From a virus (Duplodnaviria; Caudoviricetes): a stretch of 64,000 nucleotides of DNA. Below the pieces are notes generated by a model that saw only the letters and a program-made list of their open reading frames with translations, made no database searches and had not been told where the DNA came from. Of this stretch, positions 49,371 through 57,219 are shown piece by piece. A program made the translations under genes and the position numbers. Location of the stretch: IMG/VR virus record IMGVR_UViG_3300032225_002102, positions 1-64,000 of that record. One strand, written 5' to 3'. How positions within the stretch are numbered: the first letter of the stretch is position 1; each line of letters opens with the position of its first letter.

Positions 49371-49728
49371 GTGTTAGTTTTTTATAAGTGTTTAAAAATA
49401 AATCCCACTCTTCTTCAGAACTAAAATACATTCCACCAACTCTTTCGATTGTACCAAATGAGTTAGCATTTGCTTTATTTAAACAAAGTGTTTTGTATTC
49501 TTTTCTTGTAATTTTTGTAGCTGGGTTAGAATAATCTTCAGGAAGAATATTTAAGAAAGAATGAATAGTAAGAAGTTTACTTACAAGTGTAAGTTCTTTT
49601 TGAAACCTTTCAACTGTTTTAGGATTGTTATGAGCAATATTATCTACTTTCTTTCTATCAATAGATAAAGATTTATCAAAATACTTGAGATTCTTAATCT
49701 TTTGAAGTAATTGTTTTTCAGAAATCAT
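49357..49728 (-). CDS. Hypothetical protein
   Basis: Likely start MISEKQ at 49728, since a TATATTTG promoter box (49750-57) overlaps the track start 49752. Confidence 0.55.
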   Translation of the reverse strand: MISEKQLLQKIKNLKYFDKSLSIDRKKVDNIAHNNPKTVERFQKELTLVSKLLTIHSFLNILPEDYSNPATKITRKEYKTLCLNKANANSFGTIERVGGMYFSSEEEWDLFLNTYKKLTHESV

Positions 49729-49810
49729 TTTATAAGTGATATGTTTCTGCAAATATAATAATAAATAAAATTAAAAAACAAGTTTTTAATAAAATATTTT
49801 AAAAAATAAA

Positions 49811-49838
49811 AAACTCACCTCTATTAAAAGTGAGTTTC
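49811..49838 (-). terminator. Terminator
   Basis: AAACTCAC-loop-GTGAGTTT with minus-strand U-tract. Confidence 0.6.
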
Positions 49839-49850
49839 TTTATTATTTGT

Positions 49851-50612
49851 TTAGAATGTTTTCTGAGTACCACTGAAGCATCTGTTTTTAAATTTTTTTT
49901 TTAATTGTCGCTCTTTTCTTTTTTCTAAAAATAAATACATTAAATTATTTTTTCTTAATCTACTATAAAGTGTACCTCTATCTATATTTAATAAATTAGA
50001 ACACTCAATTACATTTTTACTTTTATTAATTGCTTCTAATAATTTATCTAAAGGAATATCAATATATCTTTTGGATTCAAAAGTACTTCCTTGTGTATAT
50101 ATAAATAAACATTGTTTTCCACAAAAATGCAATCCCATTTTATTATACTTTAAAATTCTTATTCTTTTATTAAATAATTTTTTACAAGAAAAGCATTGAA
50201 CTTCAATTCTTTCAGCTATCAACTCTCTTACTCTTTTTTTCTGGGATTCACTTTGATTTTTTCTTTGTTCTAGTGTCCATTTTGCACCTAAACCAGTTTC
50301 TCCACCTATTGTTAAATTATAACCTTTTTTATAAGTGTTGTGTAATTTTATATATTTTATTTCTAAATTGCTTAGTATAAATTTTACTTCAGTTTTATTT
50401 TCATTAATTTCAAAAGAATCTAAAATTGTTAATTTAAAATTTTCTATCCCATTATATTTAATAATTGCATTATAAAATTTTCTACCTATAGAGTTTTTCT
50501 TTTTCCTTTTATAAATAGAAAATCTTGCTTTAAAATCTATAGATTGTCCAATATAACTTTTACCCGAAGGAGAAGTAAACATGTAAATTACTGCTAAATT
50601 TTTATACTCCAT
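49851..50612 (-). CDS. GIY-YIG homing endonuclease
   Basis: VIYMFTSPSGKSYIGQS..R..LEIKYI..GYNLTIGG; zinc motif and HTH tail. Confidence 0.9.
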   Translation of the reverse strand: MEYKNLAVIYMFTSPSGKSYIGQSIDFKARFSIYKRKKKNSIGRKFYNAIIKYNGIENFKLTILDSFEINENKTEVKFILSNLEIKYIKLHNTYKKGYNLTIGGETGLGAKWTLEQRKNQSESQKKRVRELIAERIEVQCFSCKKLFNKRIRILKYNKMGLHFCGKQCLFIYTQGSTFESKRYIDIPLDKLLEAINKSKNVIECSNLLNIDRGTLYSRLRKNNLMYLFLEKRKERQLKKKFKNRCFSGTQKTF

Positions 50613-51540
50613 TAGTTAAATTATTTTTATAATATAATAACATATCTATTATTTCTTTTTTCATATAAGGGACTTCATAAGTTTTACTATTTGTTTGTTT
50701 ATAAATTTCATCACCAATTTCTTGCAAATCAAACCATTCAAATTCAATAAAATCAACTTCATATCCAAACTGTTCTAACATATAACCATATAAACTTAAT
50801 TGTAAAAAATAATGTATTTTATTACAATCTTCTAAATGAGAAATAGGATTTTTCATTTTTTGATATTGATTACCCTCTTTTATCTCAATATTAGTTTTCC
50901 AATCTCGAATAATTACTTTACGATTTTCTAAAACTATTATCTGATCTGCTGTTCCTGCTAATCTAAATTCTGGTAATATAAGTTTTAATTCTACATGAGT
51001 ACCTGGTTCAAGATTATACCAATCAATGTTAGAATGTTGTGGAATTACAGGGTACTCTTTACCATTAAAGTTAAATAACTTATCTTTAAACTGTTTATCT
51101 TCTTTAGCTAGATGAAATGCACTACCTTTTCTTGTACTTTTCTTATTCCCCTCTACCCAATTATTCTTAATTAATTTACATACCCTAAGAATCTCATCTT
51201 GTTCTCTATAAGAAAACACATTTATAAATAATTTATCATCTTTATTACATTGAGATAATCCATATCTTTGATATTGTTTGTATTCACTTTCAGAAAAAAT
51301 TACATTCCCAATTAAATCATTTAACTCACTATTGTATTTTTTAATCTTAGCTGGTTTATCTATATCTGATAAATATTGAAGTGATTTATAAATTAACCAA
51401 AATTGTTCTTGATCTTCAAAGTGATTATAAAAATGTCCTAAGAATTGTGTAGCTGATTCATATCTTAATCCTTCTTTATTTGTATATGTATGTGTGGGTT
51501 CACAGAAGAATAATTCTTCCTTTAAAAATAATGATTTCAT
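50602..51540 (-). CDS. PD-(D/E)XK (Cas4/RecB-like) exonuclease
   Basis: HTYT, KGSAFH, E..LAGTADQI..IRDWKTN, YFLQLSLY. Confidence 0.85.
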   Translation of the reverse strand: MKSLFLKEELFFCEPTHTYTNKEGLRYESATQFLGHFYNHFEDQEQFWLIYKSLQYLSDIDKPAKIKKYNSELNDLIGNVIFSESEYKQYQRYGLSQCNKDDKLFINVFSYREQDEILRVCKLIKNNWVEGNKKSTRKGSAFHLAKEDKQFKDKLFNFNGKEYPVIPQHSNIDWYNLEPGTHVELKLILPEFRLAGTADQIIVLENRKVIIRDWKTNIEIKEGNQYQKMKNPISHLEDCNKIHYFLQLSLYGYMLEQFGYEVDFIEFEWFDLQEIGDEIYKQTNSKTYEVPYMKKEIIDMLLYYKNNLTNGV

Positions 51541-51542
51541 AA

Positions 51543-51794
51543 TTAATTAAAAAATTGTGAGTTTAAACTAAATTTATTTTTCTTACTTGTAGCAAATAAA
51601 ACTTTACTATCTAATAACCCCCCTACTGCTTTCTTAAACGTGTTAAGAGAAACCTTTACATCTTCAGTATATTGTTTATGTGTTATTTCAATCACATCTT
51701 CTTGTGGAGTTTGTAATTGAATCCATATTAATAAATTTTTACTAGATTGAGTGAGATTCAATAACTCATCTTTTTTATTTAAATTTAATTTCAT
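51543..51794 (-). CDS. Short RepL-like winged-HTH protein
   Basis: VSLNTFKKAVGGLLDSKVL..KFSLNSQFF. Confidence 0.55.
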   Translation of the reverse strand: MKLNLNKKDELLNLTQSSKNLLIWIQLQTPQEDVIEITHKQYTEDVKVSLNTFKKAVGGLLDSKVLFATSKKNKFSLNSQFFN

Positions 51795-51814
51795 TCTTTA
51801 AATATTTAGTTTTA

Positions 51815-51845
51815 CAAAGATATGTCAAATTTTGATAGAAACAAA
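51815..51845 (-). promoter_or_regulatory. Bacteroidota promoter
   Basis: Minus strand TTTG-N19-TATCTTTG. Similar -7 boxes at 49750-57, 52620-27, 55383-90 (minus) and 60019-26, 62259-66 (plus). Confidence 0.7.
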
Positions 51846-51972
51846 TCTATTTGAAAATATTTACTTTTTACTAGATAAAGTTAAATTATTTAGTAATATA
51901 TCAATACCCTGTATGTTTAGAGTTTAAAATTAATACCCCCTATATATAAAAAGAGAGATTATTCTTCCTCTC

Positions 51973-52593
51973 TTATAAAATATTTTGTTTCCATTGTAAA
52001 TTTTCTATATTTATATTTTTAGAATTATTGTCCAAATAACACACCGTAAAATAATTATTGTGTTTAATAAAATTAAATGCTCTCAATACTTCTTTTGCAA
52101 CATTAACTCTTTTATACGAACCATTTTTATACAAATTACAAGTTACATAATTCTCTTTATTATTAAATCCTTTATATAATTTTTTACTAGATTCAATTTC
52201 AACAATATTTCCTAAATTAGAAATTATATATCTTTCTTCATATCCATAAACAGGTAAAAATATTTCATCCTCTAAAGGAGTATAAAAAATAGATTTAAAA
52301 TTCTTTGTTTCTTTTTTTATTTTTGGAAATGGTTTATCTACCCAATATAAATTAGAAACTTCATTATTTAATTTATTACCATCTAATCTTTTAACCCATT
52401 TATTTCCCATATTTTCAACAGGATTAAAAACTTCTAATACTACTCTATGTACTAAATAATCCTTTGATTTAACCTTAAAAGATTGATACCCTGCTTTAGA
52501 TGTTTTTAAATTTAGTACCCCTCCACTTGGATTTTTAACATTACCCAAATTTGATACTTGATAACCACCCTTAAATTCTTTAAAAATTTCCAT
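51973..52593 (-). CDS. Tandem NUMOD4-HNH protein, catalytic His apparently lost
   Basis: Two YxxSNLGN..V..VL..F..DxNxxN...NLxW units; VKRLDGN and VCYLDNN replace the usual VNH(K/I)DG. Confidence 0.75.
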   Translation of the reverse strand: MEIFKEFKGGYQVSNLGNVKNPSGGVLNLKTSKAGYQSFKVKSKDYLVHRVVLEVFNPVENMGNKWVKRLDGNKLNNEVSNLYWVDKPFPKIKKETKNFKSIFYTPLEDEIFLPVYGYEERYIISNLGNIVEIESSKKLYKGFNNKENYVTCNLYKNGSYKRVNVAKEVLRAFNFIKHNNYFTVCYLDNNSKNINIENLQWKQNIL

Positions 52594-52787
52594 TGTTATT
52601 ATTGTTTAAATTAATAATACAAATGTAATACTAATTTACGGGAATAATAACTGCTATTATAAATATTTAATATAAGTGTGTGAGTAGAGTAGGATTGTAT
52701 TTGTTCCCCATACAAACTGATACTCCGTTGGTACTCCGCTACCTTCGAAGTAAATTTACCATTTTAAACTTTTAAACAATTAATACA

Positions 52788-53303
52788 ATGGCATTAGTTA
52801 CAGTTAAATACCTTGGTTCTACCTCAACAGGTAGATACCATAAGTACGAAGTGATACCAACAATCACACCAGCAAAACCTGCTTCAGGAGCAGGTGCTAC
52901 AGAAGTAGAAGCTACTCCTGAAATAGTAAACACTCACGTAGCAGAACTTACTGCTGACGGTGTTGAAATGAACAAGAATCTCGGAGTTACGGGATTCCTT
53001 TCGCAAACACATCTTCACACAACTCCAAAGGTTGGAGATACTGTAGAAGCGGACGTTCGTGCATTCGTAAAGAATGCTACTACAACAGTAAACTTCTTCC
53101 ACGGTATTGACCGTGCAAAGCAAGAAGCTTTTGCTTCTGCAAATAGGTTAAATCGTGAATTTGCGGAAGTTGCAAGCTTTGCGAAAAAGCTTGAGGAGTT
53201 CGATATTAGTGCAAATGATATCAAAGCATTCGAAGAGATTAAGCTCCTTAAGGAACGCAGAAAACTCATCACAGCACAGTTGAAAGGGTTAGATGATAAC
53301 TGA
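52788..53303 (+). CDS. First plus-strand (early) gene, hypothetical; possible OB-like domain plus coiled coil
   Basis: 171 aa, visibly more GC/CpG than the rest of the window, followed by a strong terminator. Confidence 0.7.
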   Translation: MALVTVKYLGSTSTGRYHKYEVIPTITPAKPASGAGATEVEATPEIVNTHVAELTADGVEMNKNLGVTGFLSQTHLHTTPKVGDTVEADVRAFVKNATTTVNFFHGIDRAKQEAFASANRLNREFAEVASFAKKLEEFDISANDIKAFEEIKLLKERRKLITAQLKGLDDN

Positions 53304-53312
53304 CCCTTTGGG

Positions 53313-53343
53313 AAGAGCGGAGTGAAAAACTCCGCTTTTTTTT
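53313..53343 (+). terminator. Intrinsic terminator
   Basis: AAGAGCGGAGT-gaaaa-ACTCCGCTTTTTTTT. Confidence 0.85.
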
Positions 53344-53349
53344 AGAATT

Positions 53350-53411
53350 GGAAGCATTTAGTGATTTGCTTTCGCATTCTTTCAAAATCGGAAGCATTTA
53401 GTGATTTGCTT
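53350..53411 (+). repeat. Two 22-bp direct repeats, each a hairpin, period 40
   Basis: GGAAGCATTTAGTGATTTGCTT at 53350-71 and 53390-411. Confidence 0.85.
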
Positions 53412-53462
53412 ACGCTTTTGATTTATTTGTTTTGTTTAAATAATTAATTAAATAAATAAAAA

Positions 53463-53624
53463 ATGGAAAAAATAACAATGATTGAACTTGAAAACCATGT
53501 TAATAAATGGTTTGGTTCTGATTGGAACAACCAATCATCAGCACAGATTTTAGCAATGACGATAGATTTGCTTGAAAAAGTTGATGTTGAAGTTGTTTCA
53601 GAAAAACATTTCAAAGAGGTGTAA
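53463..53624 (+). CDS. 53-aa hypothetical protein
   Basis: Not in ORF track. MEKITMIELENHVNKWFGSDW...KHFKEV*; A-rich leader; terminator 53613-53634. Confidence 0.6.
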   Translation: MEKITMIELENHVNKWFGSDWNNQSSAQILAMTIDLLEKVDVEVVSEKHFKEV

Positions 53625-53957
53625 CAACCTCTTTTCTTTTAATGCTTCATTGTTGTTTCACAAGGACAACCTATCTAAGATAGAAAGCAGAGTGGAAGAA
53701 AGAGATGCAACACTCTTTAATTTGTTGTTTTAATTATAAACCTTTCTCATGTAACATGGCTGGATTTATTATTAGTGGGGTTATTGTATCTGTTGAGGAT
53801 ACGAGAGATTATGATTTTAAATAGCGGTTATCCCATTTTTTAAAATTGTATACCACAAGGATTGATTCTCCTTGATAAAGAAAAGAATTACAGGGGAAGA
53901 TAGAATCCTGTATAATGTAACTATCGTATTGTTTTTTTATTCTAAATCATATAAAAA

Positions 53958-54206
53958 ATGACAAAGAAAAAAGAAAGAGGTTCATTCAACCTATCTTTAT
54001 CCACAGTTAGGAGAAAGAAAAGGTTGGATTCTTACTTTGCTTTTACACAGCAGAGAGAAGAGGAAGCAGAATATGCTTATTCTTACTTTCGTGGTTTGTT
54101 AAAAGCTAACGTAAGAATAGGTTGTGGTTGTGGTTGCGGAGGAGATAGTGTAAACGAGAGTTTATATTACCTTGGAGCAAGCATATATCGCACTCTAAAC
54201 GATTGA
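53958..54206 (+). CDS. Small protein with GCGCGCGG motif
   Basis: ORF with A-rich leader. Confidence 0.55.
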   Translation: MTKKKERGSFNLSLSTVRRKKRLDSYFAFTQQREEEAEYAYSYFRGLLKANVRIGCGCGCGGDSVNESLYYLGASIYRTLND

Positions 54207-54310
54207 AGTTTCTCCCTTAAAAATTGGAGATAAGATTCGGAGTTTAACTGTACTTGGCAACAGAAACAGTTACTTTTATTTTTTATTTTATCTTTAAACA
54301 AAAAAAAACA

Positions 54311-54673
54311 ATGTTGAAAATTAATTTATCTGGTCATTTTAATAAAAATCTTGCAGAGAAAGGTTTTACCTTTCCTGGAACTGTTCAGATTAATCCTGAG
54401 AAATCTTTTCAGGATAATTTAGAAGCAGTAACTAAATTCTTACAAGGATTAGGTGTTGTTTCTGATAGCAATGTAACTATTGCTCTTCCTGGAATGAGTG
54501 TGTTAGCTACTATGGTTACAGTAGCATTACATGGTTTGACAGGACAATTTCCAGAAATTGCTCCTTTGTTTAGAAATGAAAATGGAGATTTTGTGTGTGT
54601 GGAAACAATAGATTTACAAACAATGAGGAATCATGTTTGTAGAAATCTACGTGAAAGCATTATAGAATTATAG
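54311..54673 (+). CDS. Csx15-like (CARF-related) protein
   Basis: Start MLKINLSGH at 54311; IALPGMS..A...V.LHGLTGQFP..F...ETIDLQ.MR..R matches the recalled Csx15 pattern NFSH..LPGL..LHG..G.FP..E.I.LQ..R. Confidence 0.65.
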   Translation: MLKINLSGHFNKNLAEKGFTFPGTVQINPEKSFQDNLEAVTKFLQGLGVVSDSNVTIALPGMSVLATMVTVALHGLTGQFPEIAPLFRNENGDFVCVETIDLQTMRNHVCRNLRESIIEL

Positions 54674-54859
54674 GTTAAAGTGGTAAATGATAATAAAGTA
54701 GGGATATTATTTCTCTACTTTTATTTTCTTTTTACCTGAATATGAAGATTAGGTAAATTTCTTATATATGCAAAGGATGTTTTGGATTTATGTAGATGTA
54801 CATAAGAAAAATAGTTCCGAGAAGTTAATCAGACTACTTGCATTAAGTTATATAAGAAT

Positions 54860-54889
54860 AAAAGAAGTAGATTAGTTCTACTTCTTTTT
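54860..54889. terminator. Bidirectional terminator
   Basis: AAAAGAAGTAG-attagtt-CTACTTCTTTT. Confidence 0.7.
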
Positions 54890-54905
54890 ACCTAATTATG
54901 AAGAT

Positions 54906-55358
54906 TTAATTAGTTAAATATTTTATAGATTCTTCTTCTACAATATTAAAACTTTCTATTTGCTTTCCTTCAATGATTGCATCAATTAAAGTTTTTCTAT
55001 CTACTTGTGATTCTCTCCAAACAGTTAAAGGATTTAATTGATATTGTCCTTTTGCTAATTTAACAACAAGTTTAGAATGACATAATCTATCAATACATTT
55101 ATAAAATGTTTGCTCGTTAAAATTTTTACCTATATCTTCTTGTATTTGAGTTTGTAATAATTTGTTTGTGTTAAACACATTTAACTTATTACTATTTTTA
55201 GATAAGTATAAAAAAATTTGCATATCTAATAACGAAGATAACTTTTTAGTTAAATCTAAAACATTGTCATACAATTGTGTGTAATTATCTTCAATTTCAA
55301 TGTAACCTTTCTTTTGAGTAGTTACAATCTCTTCTGTTTTAAAATAAAATCTGCTCAT
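54906..55358 (-). CDS. RepL-like winged-HTH replication/maintenance protein
   Basis: YTQLY..QIFLYL..EQTFYKCIDRL....LV.KLAKGQYQLNP..W. Likely ATG at 55358 with a promoter box at 55383-90. Confidence 0.7.
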   Translation of the reverse strand: MSRFYFKTEEIVTTQKKGYIEIEDNYTQLYDNVLDLTKKLSSLLDMQIFLYLSKNSNKLNVFNTNKLLQTQIQEDIGKNFNEQTFYKCIDRLCHSKLVVKLAKGQYQLNPLTVWRESQVDRKTLIDAIIEGKQIESFNIVEEESIKYLTN

Positions 55359-55478
55359 TTGAAATTTGTTTAAATTATAATACAAATATACTATTTTAAA
55401 TCTACAATAACTAATCAATACTATACTAAAATAATTAATATTTTATTAGGAATTGTAAATTATTTTATTATGAGAGAT

Positions 55479-55541
55479 ACTATACCTACAGGATAGTACA
55501 ACTATACCTACAGGATAGTGACACTATACCTACAGGATAGT
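55479..55541. repeat. Three 19-bp iteron-like repeats at 22-bp period
   Basis: ACTATACCTACAGGATAGT at 55479, 55501, 55523; 3-bp spacers ACA and GAC. Confidence 0.9.
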
Positions 55542-55675
55542 AGGATTTGATTAAAAATAGCTTAAAATGCTTATAATCAACGTTTTATATAATTTTAGTT
55601 GTTATAACTCTTTCTACTGTAGGTGATTAGCCTATCTGTGTACTGATTTGCATATATTTTGAACAGCAATTACAT

Positions 55676-55730
55676 TTTCTATATATAGTTATTTTACTAT
55701 ACTGATGAGTTCTTAAGAACGAAATAGAAA
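55676..55730 (+). ncRNA. Type III hammerhead ribozyme
   Basis: Stem III TTTCTAT/ATAGAAA, cleavage triplet AUA 55681-83, stem I TATAGT/ACTATA, core CTGATGA 55702-08, stem II GTTC-ttaa-GAAC, GAAA 55721-24. Confidence 0.85.
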
Positions 55731-55759
55731 TCCATTTTACCACAATAATATTTATTACA

Positions 55760-56092
55760 ATGCAAAAATTAAATTTAAAAACAAATGTACAATTGAATGG
55801 TAAAGTACTTTATACTACTTTGAACCTTTCAATTGGAGTGCATCACTTATGCAGTGTAACATTACATAATGCTGATGTAAAAAGTATTGAATTTCGTTTA
55901 TCTTTACCTAAAGCATGTGGAGAAAATGTAATGGAATATGTATATTTTACTGATAATTTGGAATTACAAGGATTAAGTTCTTTCCATATCTACCAGTTAT
56001 ATAAAGAATCAGTTGCAAGATACTGGAAAACATCTCCTTACAAAGAGGTAATGAAAAATTATCATTTAAGTAAAGCTAATAAATATGCTTAA
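55760..56092 (+). CDS. Hypothetical early protein
   Basis: ORF 30 nt downstream of the hammerhead. Confidence 0.6.
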   Translation: MQKLNLKTNVQLNGKVLYTTLNLSIGVHHLCSVTLHNADVKSIEFRLSLPKACGENVMEYVYFTDNLELQGLSSFHIYQLYKESVARYWKTSPYKEVMKNYHLSKANKYA

Positions 56093-56123
56093 AAGATAAT
56101 TTATCGTACTGATACGGTAAGGA

Positions 56124-56171
56124 ATAGATAATTTATCTGCTATTTTAAAGAATGGTAGGTAAATTATCTGT
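56124..56171 (+). other. 21-bp RNA hairpin with four G-U pairs
   Basis: ATAGATAATTTATCTGCTATT-ttaaag-AATGGTAGGTAAATTATCTGT. Confidence 0.75.
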
Positions 56172-56279
56172 TTTAATGATGGAAATGGGAGGTTTAATAG
56201 TTGGCTAATTCACATTCACCACTATTCAACTCAATCAGATATTAAAGAATTTAAAAAACATAACCAAATAATATAGCAA

Positions 56280-56459
56280 ATGGAAACAGATAGTTTATAT
56301 TTCCAACTCATTCAAGAAATTGCTAATGAGTTAATTAAATCAGAACAGTATGGCTTAGTGGATTTCATTCAAGGTAGAATGGATGAGATTACAATGATTG
56401 AAGATGCTTATATGGATAATCAGCTTTCAATTTTAGAAAACCAATCAACTGAATGTTAA
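56280..56459 (+). CDS. 59-aa acidic hypothetical protein
   Basis: Not in ORF track. METDSLYFQLIQEIANE...ENQSTEC*; abuts next ATG. Confidence 0.6.
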   Translation: METDSLYFQLIQEIANELIKSEQYGLVDFIQGRMDEITMIEDAYMDNQLSILENQSTEC

Positions 56460-56460
56460 T

Positions 56461-56754
56461 ATGAAACTATTTACTGTACATCAAAACACCTATACCGAAG
56501 GTAACTTTGGTGATTTAATGTATGCAGGTGCAAAATTAATTGGTGTTTACACTAATTATGAATCTGCTAAGAAGATTGTAGATGATTTTGTTTCTATTAC
56601 ATATTATGCTCAGTTTGGAACAGGTGAGCAAGATATGTATATAACGGAAATAGAATCTGATGTGCAATTATCTGAACCTAATACTGATAATGGTAGATAT
56701 TATTCAGATGATGAAGATGAGTATCAAGAAGAAAACGATTTAACTTTAAAATAA
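56461..56754 (+). CDS. Acidic hypothetical early protein
   Basis: LIGVYTNYESAK..YITEIE pattern common in small phage proteins. Confidence 0.65.
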   Translation: MKLFTVHQNTYTEGNFGDLMYAGAKLIGVYTNYESAKKIVDDFVSITYYAQFGTGEQDMYITEIESDVQLSEPNTDNGRYYSDDEDEYQEENDLTLK

Positions 56755-56762
56755 AAATAATT

Positions 56763-56969
56763 ATGTCAAACTTCAGAAAGTTAATTGAGTTCATAAGCAT
56801 AATGTTTATGAGTTATTTGATAGTGAATTTTGTAATCTCTATAATTGGAGATTATAGCTCTTACAAGGAATGCTTGAGAGATAGTTATAACATTTATTTA
56901 TTGTTTCTTGTGTATTGGTGGATTCCAATATTCAGAATGATAGATATAGATGAACAACAATACAAATAG
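56763..56969 (+). CDS. Two-TM membrane protein
   Basis: Two hydrophobic segments. Confidence 0.6.
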   Translation: MSNFRKLIEFISIMFMSYLIVNFVISIIGDYSSYKECLRDSYNIYLLFLVYWWIPIFRMIDIDEQQYK

Positions 56970-56970
56970 C

Positions 56971-57190
56971 TGTTATAACTTGTGCACAGGTTGTAATAAT
57001 ACCAGAGGAAGTGCTGGCTTAGCTAATTAAGGTGTGTTTAACTTGAACAACAGAATTATTGGCATCAGAGAGTAATCTCTAATATAAGTTAGTCCATTGT
57101 AGCTAACACTGTATAGGTTACAGAATAACTTAAAGGAAATAATTCTTCCTTGACAACAAAGAGCTAAGCATCTCTATTGTAAAAACTGCT
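56971..57190 (+). ncRNA. Candidate ncRNA: about eight consecutive hairpins
   Basis: 12-bp stem 56971-98 with 3 G-U pairs; AGAGA-gtaa-TCTCT; GTTAGT/GCTAAC; AAGGAA/TTCCTT and others; no ORF. Confidence 0.45.
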
Positions 57191-57219
57191 TAACTTTTTA
57201 ACTTTAAACAAATAAACAA

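Noticed and set aside
53350-53411. CRISPR mini-array
   Set aside because: Only two 22-bp repeats with an 18-nt gap whose halves pair with flanking sequence.
53640-53930. Defined ncRNA in this gap
   Set aside because: Several short hairpins but no coherent fold I can support by eye.
55479-55541. CRISPR array
   Set aside because: Spacers are only 3 bp; the 22-bp period fits protein-binding iterons.
56086-56276. Pseudogene or TAA readthrough gene
   Set aside because: Three in-frame TAA codons; the region is better explained by the long RNA hairpin.
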